A stretch of DNA of 64,000 nt. Source: Pecten maximus (taxonomy: Eukaryota). Below the pieces are notes generated by a model that ran no database searches, was not told where the DNA came from, and saw nothing but the letters and a program-made list of their open reading frames with translations. Numbering within the stretch: position 1 is the stretch's first letter; every line of letters begins with the position of its first letter. A program made the translations under genes and the position numbers. The stretch spans positions 36,766,001 to 36,830,000 of the forward strand of contig NC_047023.1 in the NCBI RefSeq assembly GCF_902652985.1, read 5' to 3'. This document shows positions 40,559 to 53,627 of the stretch, piece by piece.

Positions 40559-41989
40559 ACAAACAAATTTGTGTGCTTTGATAAAATGAAATTAGAAATA
40601 CGGGGCAACCCGAGAAAAGTAATTTCCATTACATTTTTTTATGTAGAAAAAATAAATATCATTTTCAGCCAATTTTCATTACGATGTGTAAATAAACATT
40701 GGGCCTGTAATCGACCTTATTCACTTGATCGTCCGGGTATATTTAGACTACTACATATCTTATGAACCATGTCAGACGACCAGACATGACACACCGGTAA
40801 ATAACACAACATAATATCAAAGACAAGAACATTCGCTAGAAATCAAGTCCATATTTCAGTTTATCATGTAAGATGAAAGCATTGCCTAGGCAGGAAGAAA
40901 CCTATAAACGTATTTAAATAGCGAGGAGAACGAGGAACGTAACAGATATATGGAGTTTTAATTATGATGATGTTTGTTCACACTTCCTACCCCTCGATTG
41001 ATCATATTTATCACCCCTCCTTCCAGCTGAAAAGTCAATGTTGGAGAGGTTTAATCTAATACACAAATCGAAATGCGATAAAATATACCCGTACGTCTTA
41101 TGCCAGTAGGAGGTCGTACTTGACGGAGATGTAGTAATTTGATCATTTGTCTATTGGTTTTAATGATTAGTTTACGACTTCGCTGTTATCACCTCCCGAA
41201 AAGTTTTTGCCAGCAATGATCTGGAAAGTGACTGAAGATTGACCGTGTGTAAATATGAATGTTTACCTATAAAATATACAACATATCAAATTATCTCCCT
41301 TAGATATCTTCTCCTGTAATATGGTACACCTGTGTAGACGGTTGCTATGTTAAATTCTTATGTGTGGGATTGTCTGGACTAGGCCCAGGAAGAGGCCAGT
41401 GGCCCCGTTCTTAGCGGTGGTTTTTATATCATATAGTTATTTGATTTCAAACCGCTCGGGTCAGATACTTTGACTGTCAATGCTTTGATTGAAACTTTAT
41501 TGAAGCCTGTTTTAGAATGTCTTGTCCGTTGCTGTTTAATAATTTATAGCAAACAGGTAACTAAAAACGACATGAGAAGTGAGTCAGAGTTAGTGGAAAG
41601 TTTTCTGGATTACCTGTAAGAGTTCTTGATGGTTTTCTATTCTTCAAATGGACCAAAATGTATGCCTTATGCAAGAACTATGTAGGAGCGCCAAGGACAC
41701 TATCATTAAATCAACAGCATTATCACGTTCAAGTGGATATATCTAATAATATTACCAACATAATTTGATATACACATGTATAAAGTAATATTCTTGTGAA
41801 TACTTTAAACATCTATAATTATACTGATGTATAAGCTTTGTGTGCATGATCAAACTATAACCGATGAGGGCATTCCCAACACTAGCTGTAGAATCAATAA
41901 GCTGTTTATATAATTTACTCAATCATAATTTAGCGCACGTGTTCTAACAAAAAACGCAAAAATAATATTCCCGCAATAAATGGAAGTCA

Positions 41990-43222
41990 AGAGTGCCACC
42001 TTAACTTACAAACACTGCCACCTAAACTGAACATACCTCCCTAGTACCATTCTTACCTTCCAAAGTGCCACCTCAACGATACGTTCAAGTTGCCATTTAA
42101 ATGTACAAACGTCCACAGTATCACCCGTAATTGTACAAACGCCAACAGCACCGTCGTTACTGTAAAAAACGACCACAGTATCGACCTTAACTGGACAAAC
42201 AACCCCAGTGCCACATCAAGTATACAAACATCTAAAGTACCACCCTTAACTGGACAAACGGCCACAGTACCAACCTAAACTGAGCAAGTATCTATAGTAC
42301 CACTCTTAACTAAACAAACGCCCACAGTGCCCTCCTGAACTGTACAGACGTCCACAGTGCCATCTTAACTGTAGAAATGTCCACAGTGACATCTTAACTG
42401 TACAAATGTCCAAAGTGCCATCTTAACTATACAAACGTCCAAAGTGCCATCTTAACTATACAAACGTCCACAGTGCCATCTTAACTGTACAAACGTCCAC
42501 AGTGCCATCTTAACTATACAAACGTCCACAGTGCCCGCCTGACCTATACAAACGTCCAAAGTGCCATCTTAACTATACAAACGTCCACAGTGCCATCTTA
42601 ACTGTACAAACGTCCAAAGTGCCATCTTAACTATACAAACGTCCAAAGTGCCATCTTAACTGTACAAACGTCCACAGTGCCCCCTCCTGAACTATACAAA
42701 CGCTCACAGTGCCATCTTAACTGTACAAACGTCCACAGTGCCATCTTAACTATACAAACGTCCAAAGTGCCATCTTAACTGTACAAACGTCCATAGTGCC
42801 ATCTTAACTATACAAACGCCCACAGTGCCATCTTAACTGTACAAACGTCCACAGTGCCATCTTAACTATACAAACGTCCAAAGTGCCATCTTAACTATAC
42901 AAACGTCCAAAGTGCCATCTTAACTATACAAACGTCCACAGTGCCATCTTAACTATACAAACGTCCACAGTGCCATCTTAACTGTACAAACGTCCACAGT
43001 GCCATCTTAACTGTACAAACAGTGCCACATTTAACTGTACAAGCGTCAATAGTGCCACCTTTAATTTACAAGTGTCAATAATGCCACATTTAACTGTAAA
43101 AACGCCAATAACGCCACCATTAACTGTACAAAGGTCCACTGTGCCACCCTTGACTATACATAGGTCCCCAGTGCCATCTTAACTTTACAAGCGTCCACAA
43201 TTCCACCCGTAACTGTATAAAC
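41990..43222. repeat. Minisatellite, 29-bp unit GTCCACAGTGCCATCTTAACTRTACAAAC, about 42 copies
   Basis: Homogeneous core at about 42350-43020, with progressively diverged units on both edges. Confidence 0.96.
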
Positions 43223-46200
43223 AGAAGCTATAACTGCAGTTTTTTGTCACGAGGTACCATTACTATCTCCAGTATTAATTTACACAGCCTTGATATGTCT
43301 TGAAAACAAACAAATCTTCAGCACATACTCAACGATACTGGAGAATGCTATAGAAAGAAATAGTTTATCTAGAATATATCGGTTTCTTTACTCACATTAA
43401 GTCAATACACGTTCCCTAAATACACCCATCAACCCATGCAGGACTACTGCACTATCGCTAACAACACGCACAGCGCAATACAACAACTTAAATCAATGGA
43501 ATATAGACAGCACTTCAGCCTCGATATAACATATCAGGATGAAGAATGAGACAACAACTGGCGCTCGCAAGCTTCTTATCGAGTTGTTTGACTATTATAG
43601 GTTTCGACAATTGGTCATGGTTGATACTGAAATGACAGGGAATCTCACATGATAAACAGTCTAAGTAAACATGTTTGCCGTCGTAAACAAACAAAACGTA
43701 CAGGCGATATGGCACATAAACTTGTTTTAATGAACACATTAATCTAGATGTATGTGTTGGGAGTTTAACAGTGTATTATACCTTCATCTTGTCTTGCCAT
43801 CTGGCATTTTTGGAGTCTTTTGTAGACATTTGGTTTGAATATATGTAACGTCGTAATTAATAATCAATATCCGGTTTTCTTATTGGCGAATTAAATTTGC
43901 TACTTCACTCTTCATTTGTCTGATGCGCAATCATTTGTCGTTATATATATACAGGTACATTATGTTTGTCTTTTTTAACCTTTAGGAGTGAGTGCGAAAT
44001 ACATTTAGTAACCTCTATTAACAATGTATGATAAGTTTGTGCGTTGTAATTTACAGTTTAAGGGGTTGATTAATTCAAGGCAACCAAACCCAGTCTAGAG
44101 TTCCTAGAACTGAAAGCTACTTGAAAATGTTACGGAATTTAAATTGCTGCATTGCGCGTCAAGGTCAGGCATCGATCTAAATGAGTTACAGAAGACATAT
44201 GGTGTCTTATTCTCAATATTGGAGTTTGTCTAGTCAAGTTTAACTTAGCTCTTCAGAGAGATAGACTGACAAATGACAGATCTACAATTCTTCAATGCTA
44301 TACTTGACCTTTAAGTTCTGTTTAGACCATAGGTATAGTGTCTGCCAAATAGCCTGACAATATAAAATCACCGATGGCCGACGATCCGGTAATTTGTCGA
44401 TTAAAGTTCACAGAAATAGATTTTATTCGACAGGTTTAAGATTAAAGATGTTCCAATAGTCCATTTGCACGAGGATATATTTTCTTAGGCGTTAAGGTCT
44501 GGAGATCGACATTGTCGCATTTCTGCTTGGAAAATTCGGCTTTCGAACAATAGGGCTTTGGGATACTGGCTACCTTTTAAAAACTGTAGTGGTCTCCTTG
44601 GAATGATCATTGGACAAACGTGTTTTTTTTAATTTTTTTTTTTTTTTATAAAATTTGTATTTTGGGCAATCGGGCCCACATATTATTGTTTAGGCATAAG
44701 CTGTACACAGGACTACTTATATTAGAGTAAATGAGATATGAAGGGTATGGTATATGGACAGATCATGACCCATGGGGCAGAAAATATCAAATTAAAGTTC
44801 AGTTCATCATGGATGGTTGGTATAGAACCGAGACATCTGCTTGTGTGTCATCCATCACAGACCCAGGGTTGCCTCCCACAGTCGTCGCATCCCAATAGTA
44901 GACAGGCTCAGACGTTCAGGTAATCAGATTATTCGAGTCGTTCGGTAACGACTCCTCCAAACCTGTCATAGTCGACATACATAACTTTAACTTGGAAAGA
45001 GGATTGGGATAGGGCCCGACAGAAAACACTTCATACAGACAAGGAAATATATGACTGTACAATCACCATCTAAGATAGACTGATCCTAATTAAGCACAAT
45101 TGGAAGGTGATTTATAAAAATATATACATTTGTATCGTAGCAACATACAATCCTTCTTGACAATAAAAGAGGTTTATTGATAGAGAGTTGGTAATTGGTT
45201 TAAAACAATGGTTTTCGTTCGGGTTATATAACTGCCAACAACGTCCATTAGCTGTAAAGGGATCAAAGAAGACCAAGCAATAAAGAAGGGAACAATGTTG
45301 AAGGAACTTAGAGTGATGCCAAGTATATCCTGTTAACGTTCCAAATTTCTGAATTAGAAAGCCAGTAAATTAATGTTTAAAAATAAAACAGAATTAAAGG
45401 TTTCATTCATCAGCAAAATGTTTTATTACGTGGAATCTTTATATTATTTGTCAGGAATGTAATTTCATCACGTCGTTAAACAGTAATAAGTATGCGATTG
45501 CATTATTTAGGTGTATGGTTATACATCAGTGCAATACGTCGTCTCCTAAATTACTGTTGATTTGAACAATGGAAATAAAGATGAAAATAGAAAAAAAATG
45601 TAATTTGAAGAATTTAAAAATAGGTAAAATTAGACGTGTAGAATTAACGAGGTTTTGACTTTCCTAAATGGCCTGGTGTTGACTTCAACTTTAACAATCA
45701 ATTAGTACTCGCGAAAAATAAGGCTGACTACCTAATATCTTATCGATAACCACTTTCTTTTCAGTAAACCAGTCAAGCGAAAGAAGCTTTATTTCCACAT
45801 TAAAATCGTCTCCTAATTGTCTTAATGAGGACGTAGTACAATTACCGAGAATTGAACACAGGGAGACATTAGCTCTCTGCACGAGTTTGCCGTGACTATA
45901 ATTCGAGTATAAATATTTGGAAAACGTTTTGTGTAATTATTATACACTTATTCTGTAATCATATTTCATTTTACTACTACTCTCCATTACAGTTTGTTGA
46001 CAATAGATCGATGACAATCGATTGACGTTATGCGCAAGCACTGAATGACATATATGGTCTATTTCGTTTTCCCCTGGTTAAGTTAATTTTGCCGTGAGCT
46101 TACAAACATTTTTTTATAAGAAGTTAACCAATTGGTTCCCGTTAATGAAACCCTGATTTCAAATTCACTAAAATAAAATATATCAAGGACGCTATTGTTG

Positions 46201-48907
46201 CAAATAAGAAACTATAGTTAGCATGTTTGATATAAAACCAATTCCATCATGATTGCAGAGAAATGCCTTTCGAAGATATCCAAAACGTATAGCGGTAAGT
46301 AACTTGGCTGATTTAGCCATGAAATTACCTTAACGACAGAAAATAGCCAATAGTATTCGAAATCTCATTTCGTAATGTGTCTTTATAGGAGACATTGGAA
46401 ACGCTATGTTTCTCTGTTCCACATATCAGACAGGGGAAATGAAATTCTCTACAAGTATACCAAGATACGATGACTTCTATTCCTTCAGGACACTTTGTAA
46501 AGAGAAGTTGTCTGATAATATGTCTGTGACATTGAAGCTTACGAAAACCTAATTTACTCCAGAACCTTGATTCAAATGAAAGAAAATCAACGGCGATGAT
46601 ATCATTAGATAGAATGAATGGATATATTTTGAAAGAAAACATTGCGTTCACATCAATACTTAAGGATTGTAATCATTTCCTTCACCAACCATGACCTTAC
46701 GCAGGGGTTAATGTGTCCATTGCCCAAACAAGACCAGACTGTCTACTTGATCACATCTGAACCAGTAATCCCCAGCAGGGAACACGTCACAAATTGTGTG
46801 ATCCTATACATCACATGACTTTAACTTATAGAACACATAATGATTCAGTATGCACCTGTTTAATTACTTGACCTTGTCATATGAATGTTCGTGATATTCT
46901 TTTCGTCGTTGTGACATTGTACTTGGTCACTAATAAAGTGTGGGTATTCAGAATGTCACTTATTTACACATCACATCTGAAAGCATTTAAGAACAAATCA
47001 TGACCCGTTTCTTTACAAACACGTCAATATTATCCAATATGACCGGTTTGTACTTTAGCATATTTTAGTAGCAGTTTCCTCAATATAAAAATATATGCGT
47101 AGTAAAACGGGGTATTTTGAAAAAGAACACTTGGCACTTGTTGTCTAGATATCGGATTTTATTGTAGAATAATCGTGTGCATGGTCTAGGCTTGCTTCAA
47201 CTGTAGATAAAGTGAAAATTTGGTACTCTTATGGCAAATGATAGGAAAGGATGTGGTGTATAGCATACATTGGAAAACTAAGGGCAAATGATGTGTGACC
47301 CTGTGTACAGAAATAGCAGTGTTTGATAGGAGAGCAACAGTGTTTAGACAAAAAAAGCCGGTAAGTGATGAGCTTACCTGTAGCCTATGGCTTATCCGCA
47401 TGCAATGGTATAATAACCAGTTCTCTTTGCAAAATCTAACCGAATACTTATTTTATAATAAAGTAACCTCTCGTATACCAAATCCACCGCTATACGACTC
47501 CTCCATTTAGTAGTCCCAATGCTGAAGATTAATGTAAGTTAAAATCATGTCATGTGTTATAAATTAACTGTAAAATTACTGCGTTAAGAGTTACTGCCAA
47601 TCTTCATTTATTGTGTGGATGGTTTTACACCTTTTTTGCTGGTAAACACGTGACAATAGTTTAAGATACATGTATGCGACCCACTATAAAAACAAGCAAT
47701 TGTACACGTGTTACTTAAGTGAGGAGCAGTGTAACACGAGAAATAAGTCATTTAAACGTTCTATTACTAGCGAATTAACCTCATATTAACTTTCTGAGGA
47801 AAAGCTCTGCCATCCTCAATGTACATCAGGGATTGCGTTTTTGTGAACATTCTATAATTGGCATCCTCTTAAAATGTGTGTTTACGCAAGCGCTTACGTG
47901 ATACAGAACACTCCCATTAATAAACTCTATCTTAGTCATGTTTACTTTAGTGGAGATACGAAATCAGTATACTCTTTAAATCTGCTGGAAAATCATTCAT
48001 ATACACCATTTATTTATAAATTCTATGTAATGAAAGTCATTTCGTATCCTTCACTGTAACCTCTGTGGTGGGTAGAAAAGGGGCGTTCTGAACATGAATT
48101 ATTCAAACATTTACAAATCAGTACTATATATCACGATACTAAGTCATCACATCAACGGTACACAGCATCAGAATCACTTCCGATAAGTACTATACGTATT
48201 TAGGTCAATTGTATACTCGTATACTATATTTATACGGTCAATGTATCTGTTCATTGTTTTACATTCAGACCCTAACGACTGATGGCCATATTGTCTGTCA
48301 TATTAAGCTTGTAACATTTTGACGTAATAACAACTCTCGACCTTTTCAATTGAATGTAAAACTGACAAATGAGGTAACCTTGTTTCATGAGAACTGTTCT
48401 GTAGAGTTAGTACAAAATCACCAGGGCCAGGGTTTACGTAATGTTTGTGTGATATATAGTACAGACTCTAGCAGACATATAGAACATATACAAGCTAACA
48501 TTAAAAAAAATCCCGACCTTTGCTGCAGCCATATATCATCATTATCCTCATTTTTTACTTTGCGATGGCGATCCTTAAATCTAGAATGTCTGGTATGACA
48601 TATCGTACCATATAACCTATAATTCTGTGTTTTTTGTTAAAGGGTATAATTTGAGAGATATGTAATTAAAACCCTATCATAAATGATGGAACAACTATAA
48701 CCCAACTCTCTCGCGCAAGAATGTCTGACAATTTCCATTTTATTATTATATATATGTATATGCGAAGTCTGGCAATCCTTTCCTATTGTCTATAAGAATG
48801 ATTTGCGCGACGTGTAATGTATTCGGAATTTTTATAACCGGCGTATTTCTATTATATTAAATGCAGGAAGTATTTGCATTATAAAACCATCGGTATATTG
48901 TAATTGC

Positions 48908-49097
48908 AAAAGCGCCATCTTGTGGTATGTGTAGGGAAAAAAAATCAGATTTCGAAGTACCGCGACTCACTAGTAGAAGTAGCGACATATCACTAAAGCG
49001 CCATCTTGTGGTATTTGTAGGAAAAGTTCCATTGTTGGAAGCAGTGACTTGTTCAATATGATAACAAAAGCGCCATCTCGTGGTATTAGTCGGAAAA
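48908..49097 (-). promoter_or_regulatory. Cluster of three co-oriented CTCF-like sites (CCACRAGATGGCGCT on minus strand); candidate insulator
   Basis: AGCGCCATCTTGTGG at 48911 and 48997, and AGCGCCATCTCGTGG at 49069. Matches the bilaterian CTCF core; the embedded AAGATGGCG also fits YY1. Confidence 0.65.
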
Positions 49098-49533
49098 CAG
49101 CGACATGATGCCTGTCACGTTTCTAGATATACGTATTATGTGCATCTAGTCACAAGCACTGACCTTTACTTGGATGTTATTCAATTGTGTTTCGTAGTTA
49201 AAATGCTATATTTCCCTCTTTCTTTCAACTCTTGCACAAACCTTCAGTGATAATTTCATCAATTGTGATATATTAAGGAAGTCAGATTTTCGTAATGCCC
49301 TTTGGACTTTCTGGACAGCAGAATGTGAAATGATCACACAGTACACTATAGTGTTCAGATGCTAGAATTATTGATCGCTTGTGCACCTACGACTCTTACG
49401 TAACCTGGACCTTTGATAGATGTTGTGTTGTATATGGTCAAATCGTCTCTGAAGACGAACATTTATGTACAAACACTAATGTGATCGTGGTTAACGCGGT
49501 CCTTGATTTCAACCGTAGTGTCGTCCTTTGTTC

Positions 49534-49604
49534 GTTGCCATAGCAACAGTGCAATTAAATAACGGCCAATGTTTTACGTCAGGCGGTTGATCGTGCACCG
49601 GAAA
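49534..49604. promoter_or_regulatory. Promoter/enhancer-like module: RFX X-box, CCAAT, CRE/ATF-like site, ETS-like site
   Basis: GTTGCCATAGCAAC 49534-49547, CCAAT 49566-49570, TTACGTCA 49574-49581, CCGGAAA 49598-49604. Confidence 0.5.
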
Positions 49605-50088
49605 TTCATCATGTTTTCAAAGTATTTAAACACAACACTATTGGTCAAATTTTGAAATATTATGCTCCATCAAACTCTTTTGTTTTGCTGGTATGACAGC
49701 TATTACTTTTTCTATGCAATAATTGGATTGTTTTTGTTTTTTGTTTAATTATTATTTCGTCAAAGATATTTCGTTCCCGAAGCATTACAGTTGCAATGCA
49801 TTGCATCATAAACCTCATTTCGTATCAGCAAAATGACGGATGAGTCTAACGTTTATCAGTGCTTGGAAATGGAAGCATGTGTTAAAACGCATTAAAATCG
49901 AAACGGATTAGGTGTGATAATAAACTCAAACAACTGCTTAAATATTTATTCAAGATTTGATTGAATCAGTGTCGGCTATTTATTTGCGTCCGGAAAAACA
50001 AAACTTGTGAATTGGTCTGCCGTACTGATAAGCTCCATATTTACACTTTAATGCGACATTTGCATGAATGAATGACTATCCATCAGAG

Positions 50089-50120
50089 CACGTGATTTCC
50101 GGGAATGGGCTTAGGCCAAT
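50089..50120. promoter_or_regulatory. Compact E-box + STAT (GAS) + CCAAT cluster
   Basis: CACGTG 50089-50094, TTCCGGGAA 50097-50105, CCAAT 50116-50120. Confidence 0.35.
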
Positions 50121-51795
50121 CGTCACCCGATTAAGCCTTAATGTCGATGTACACTCCTACGTCAACGAGGCGAGGAAATGAATTCCCGTCTTACTGAACG
50201 AGAATATATTTATTTTATTCACTTTTGAAAGGTAGTATCACTACTCTTTGGTGAACAATCGATCAATGTCAGCTTACGAAATACGTGTATTTGTGCAAGT
50301 ATTTTGCGTCTTCAAGATGTCGATGTTTTAGCTACTACGGGATGTAAGATTACTCCGCAATTGCGGTAAGTCAATATTCTTCCGCGTCTGTGATTAGGTC
50401 TGATTGTGTGCTTGTTAGAAGGTCACACTCCTTTACCCGAGAGTCTGCGCACTAAGATCAGATCATGACCTAATCTAGAGGGACGCAAATTGATTGAAAT
50501 GTCATCAAAAAACCTAAAATCGTTTTCCATAACTTCTCCATCTTTATGTAAAAGATGGTGGATTGTATTAGGTATATCTGCATCGAAAGGGGAAATGTAG
50601 TTATATTATGTCGATGTGAGTAAATCGGTTAGGGAATATCATAAAAAGTAAAAAAAAAAATCTGATTGAGATAACACTAACATTTGTCATTTTGCAATGA
50701 AATATGGCCTTAATCAGCTTATATATCTTTACGCAAACGTCTTGTACAAAAGGCTATTGGTAGTGAGTAATGAATTCGAACGTGGTAGCAGGCAACATTC
50801 TCATTCATTACCAAAGTAAAAGAGAGTGTTCTCCGTATTAAACGTTCAATCTGAAGTCTCTGAACTCGTTATTTCTGCAGAACAAACTGTAGATACATGA
50901 GACTTTGAAGGATACATATTAATTATAAACTGTAACGCAATAACAAGCTTTCCCAGTCCGACGACTATGCCAACAGATATGCATAGCGTTCTTCCTTTTC
51001 CGGAAGTTCAAGGCTTAGGTTCCGGTGTTAAACACTGGGTATGCTAAGCATGCACGGCGCACTGTGTTGATTATATTCAAACTTCATCATCGAACTGACA
51101 AAAGGTGTTTAAACTGCACATTTACTTAGGATTCTAAGTGATGACGTGTTAAATCACTACACTTTGAAATACTGGATGCTCAAAACTCGGTTGAAATAAT
51201 TCATTTTATTCTAGAGTATCAATATCTCTTGCACGGCTGCCGAAGCAGATGTTGGACTTGCGTTAAGAGACCTGTTCAATCATTCCTGTATTTGAAGTGA
51301 TTTTACTGTCGTTCAATTCAATTCTTTGCTAACCTTGGAATCAAAGGATTTACGGTATTGCAAAATCATTCGTACAGAAAGGCAGCGAAATTTGAGATCG
51401 ATTTTATGGGAAGTTGACTAAAACTGACTCTTTTGAATGAACTATACACAACCAGAGTAATTACTAAGATACAAAATAAGTAAATGAATGAAATTTCGAA
51501 ATAAAAGCACGCAATAATTGGGACTCGGTTAGAAGAATTTCATTAGCTACAGTACAAAGAACCATCGCTCCTCAAAAACATCAATTTAACATCTCTGAAC
51601 GCAAACTCAAAGTTTTCGTTTATCTAAGTGATTATTTTATGTCTTCAATATATCGTCAAACTAAATCCTTAGGTTTTTCATCTACAAAATGTATATTAAA
51701 GTCGGACAGCTATCAATGTAAACTCGATAATCCGTTCATATCTAACTCGAATAATAGTTATATTAATCTCTACAAACTATTCATATCAAGCTCGA

Positions 51796-51891
51796 TAAAA
51801 CTCTCGAAATATCAACATGACTGTGTAAAACTCGCGAAATATCAACATGAATGTAAAACTCGCGAAACATCTACATGACCGTGTAAAACTC
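51796..51891. repeat. 28-30-bp tandem triplication TAAAACTCGCGAAATATCAACATGA..
   Basis: Units at 51796, 51826 and 51854, with a partial unit at 51884. Confidence 0.88.
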
Positions 51892-52797
51892 ATCGCCAAA
51901 TCGTTTCTTTGGCCTCCGCAGTAAAATGGTCATATACAATACGACAAATTATCGATACAAAACTCGGCAAACCTATATAAAAATCGTACCCATAACTGGA
52001 ACATGGCAGCACTGATACTGATATTTGATTGATATGACACTTGAAAGCAGACACGGCCTTGATGTAAGTTGTAATGTAACAACAGGAATTGAAATGAACA
52101 GACTGGCCGTGGCAGGTCTATCTAATCCAAGAGCATGGAGATGTTTAGATGTGATATTGTCTCAATTTCTATGTTTTGCATGTAGTGTGTGCGTCATCAA
52201 ACGCAACTATTTCCGACCCAACAATTTTGCTGTTGTGTAACGTATGTAATTGTCTAGACCATATAGCCACAACAAACATGCACAGGTGTTACCGTTTATG
52301 TTCTCTAACAAAAGAGATGAGTCTTTTCTCTGAATTTTCTAAACCTTCAATATATCTACATCTTCATCCCGGTAAGGACACATTGAAACCATTGCGTATG
52401 CTGCCAATCAAACGATTCTATAAATATAAAACATGGCCGTCTTTACTATCTATGGTAGCTGTTACGGTCAGTAAGTGTTACAATATACACCAGAGTTTGT
52501 AACCGTAATGAGTGCTGAACATTCAAGAGTTCTGCTATCCACTGTTAAAAAAACCAAAACAAACAAACAAAAAACGCTATTACCATGCCCTATTTTATAA
52601 TTTCAGAAGAAAGGTTTCCTTTTTATTTCAAACTTTACCGCCAAAAACCTTAACCAACAGGAATATCTTTACAACATACACATACAATTTCTCTACAAAT
52701 ATTTGTTTTCTTCCAGCAATTGTCTGTTTAACCCTCAGACAATATTTTAATTTAAAGAGTCATGTGTTGACATCCATACATTATCGTTGAGTCCTGA

Positions 52798-53627
52798 TGT
52801 ATATTTACCTAGTCAATGGATGGTGAGTATACATAGTCAATGGATGGTGAGTATATATTTACCTAGTCCTTAGATGGTGAGTATATATTTACCTAGTCAG
52901 AGGATGGTGAGTATATTTTTACCTAGTCAATGGATGGTGAGTATATATTTACCTAGTCAATGGATGGTGAGTAAATCTTTACCTAGTCAATGGATGGTGA
53001 GTATATATTTACCTAGTCAATAGATGGTGAGTATATATTTACCTAGTCAATGGATGGTGAGTATATTTTTACCTAGTCAATGGATGGTGAGTATATATTT
53101 ACCTAGTCAATGGATGGTGAGTATATCTTTATCTAGTCAATAGATGGTGAGTATATATTTACCTAGTCAATGGATGGTGAGTATATATTTACCTAGTCAA
53201 TGGATGGTGAGTATATATTTACCTAGTCAATGGATGGTGAGTATATATTTACCTAGTCAATGGATGGTGAGTATATCTTTATCTAGTCAATGGATGGTGA
53301 GTATATCTTTACCTAGTCAATGGGTGGTGAGTATATATTTACCTAGTCAATGGATGGTGAGTATATATTTACCTAGTCAATGGATGGTGAGTATATATTT
53401 ACCTAGTCAATGGATGGTGAGTATATCTTTACCTAGTCAATGGATGGTGAGTACAGTATATAGCCAGCGGTTATAGTATGATGTATCTTTACCTAGTCAA
53501 TGGATGGTGAGTATATATTTACCTAGTCAATGGATGGTGAGTATATATTTACCTAGTCAATGGATGGTGAGTATATCTTTATCTAATCAATGGGTGGTGA
53601 GTACATAGCCAGCGGTTATAGTATAAT
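52798..53627. repeat. Minisatellite, 30-bp unit ACCTAGTCAATGGATGGTGAGTATATATTT, 26 copies, interrupted once by a copy of its own right flank
   Basis: Read directly. TAGCCAGCGGTTATAGTAT occurs at 53461 and 53606. Explains the MVSIYLPSQW pseudo-ORF. Confidence 0.98.

Noticed and set aside
43319-43350. U6 snRNA-like words (CAGCACATACT..AACGATAC..GAGAA; also GCAAATTCGTGAA at about 31489)
   Set aside because: Short, gapped, non-contiguous matches compatible with chance.
48908-49097. Mini-CRISPR (30-bp repeats with unique spacers)
   Set aside because: Only three imperfect copies with unequal spacing and no cas genes; a CTCF/YY1-like motif explains it better.
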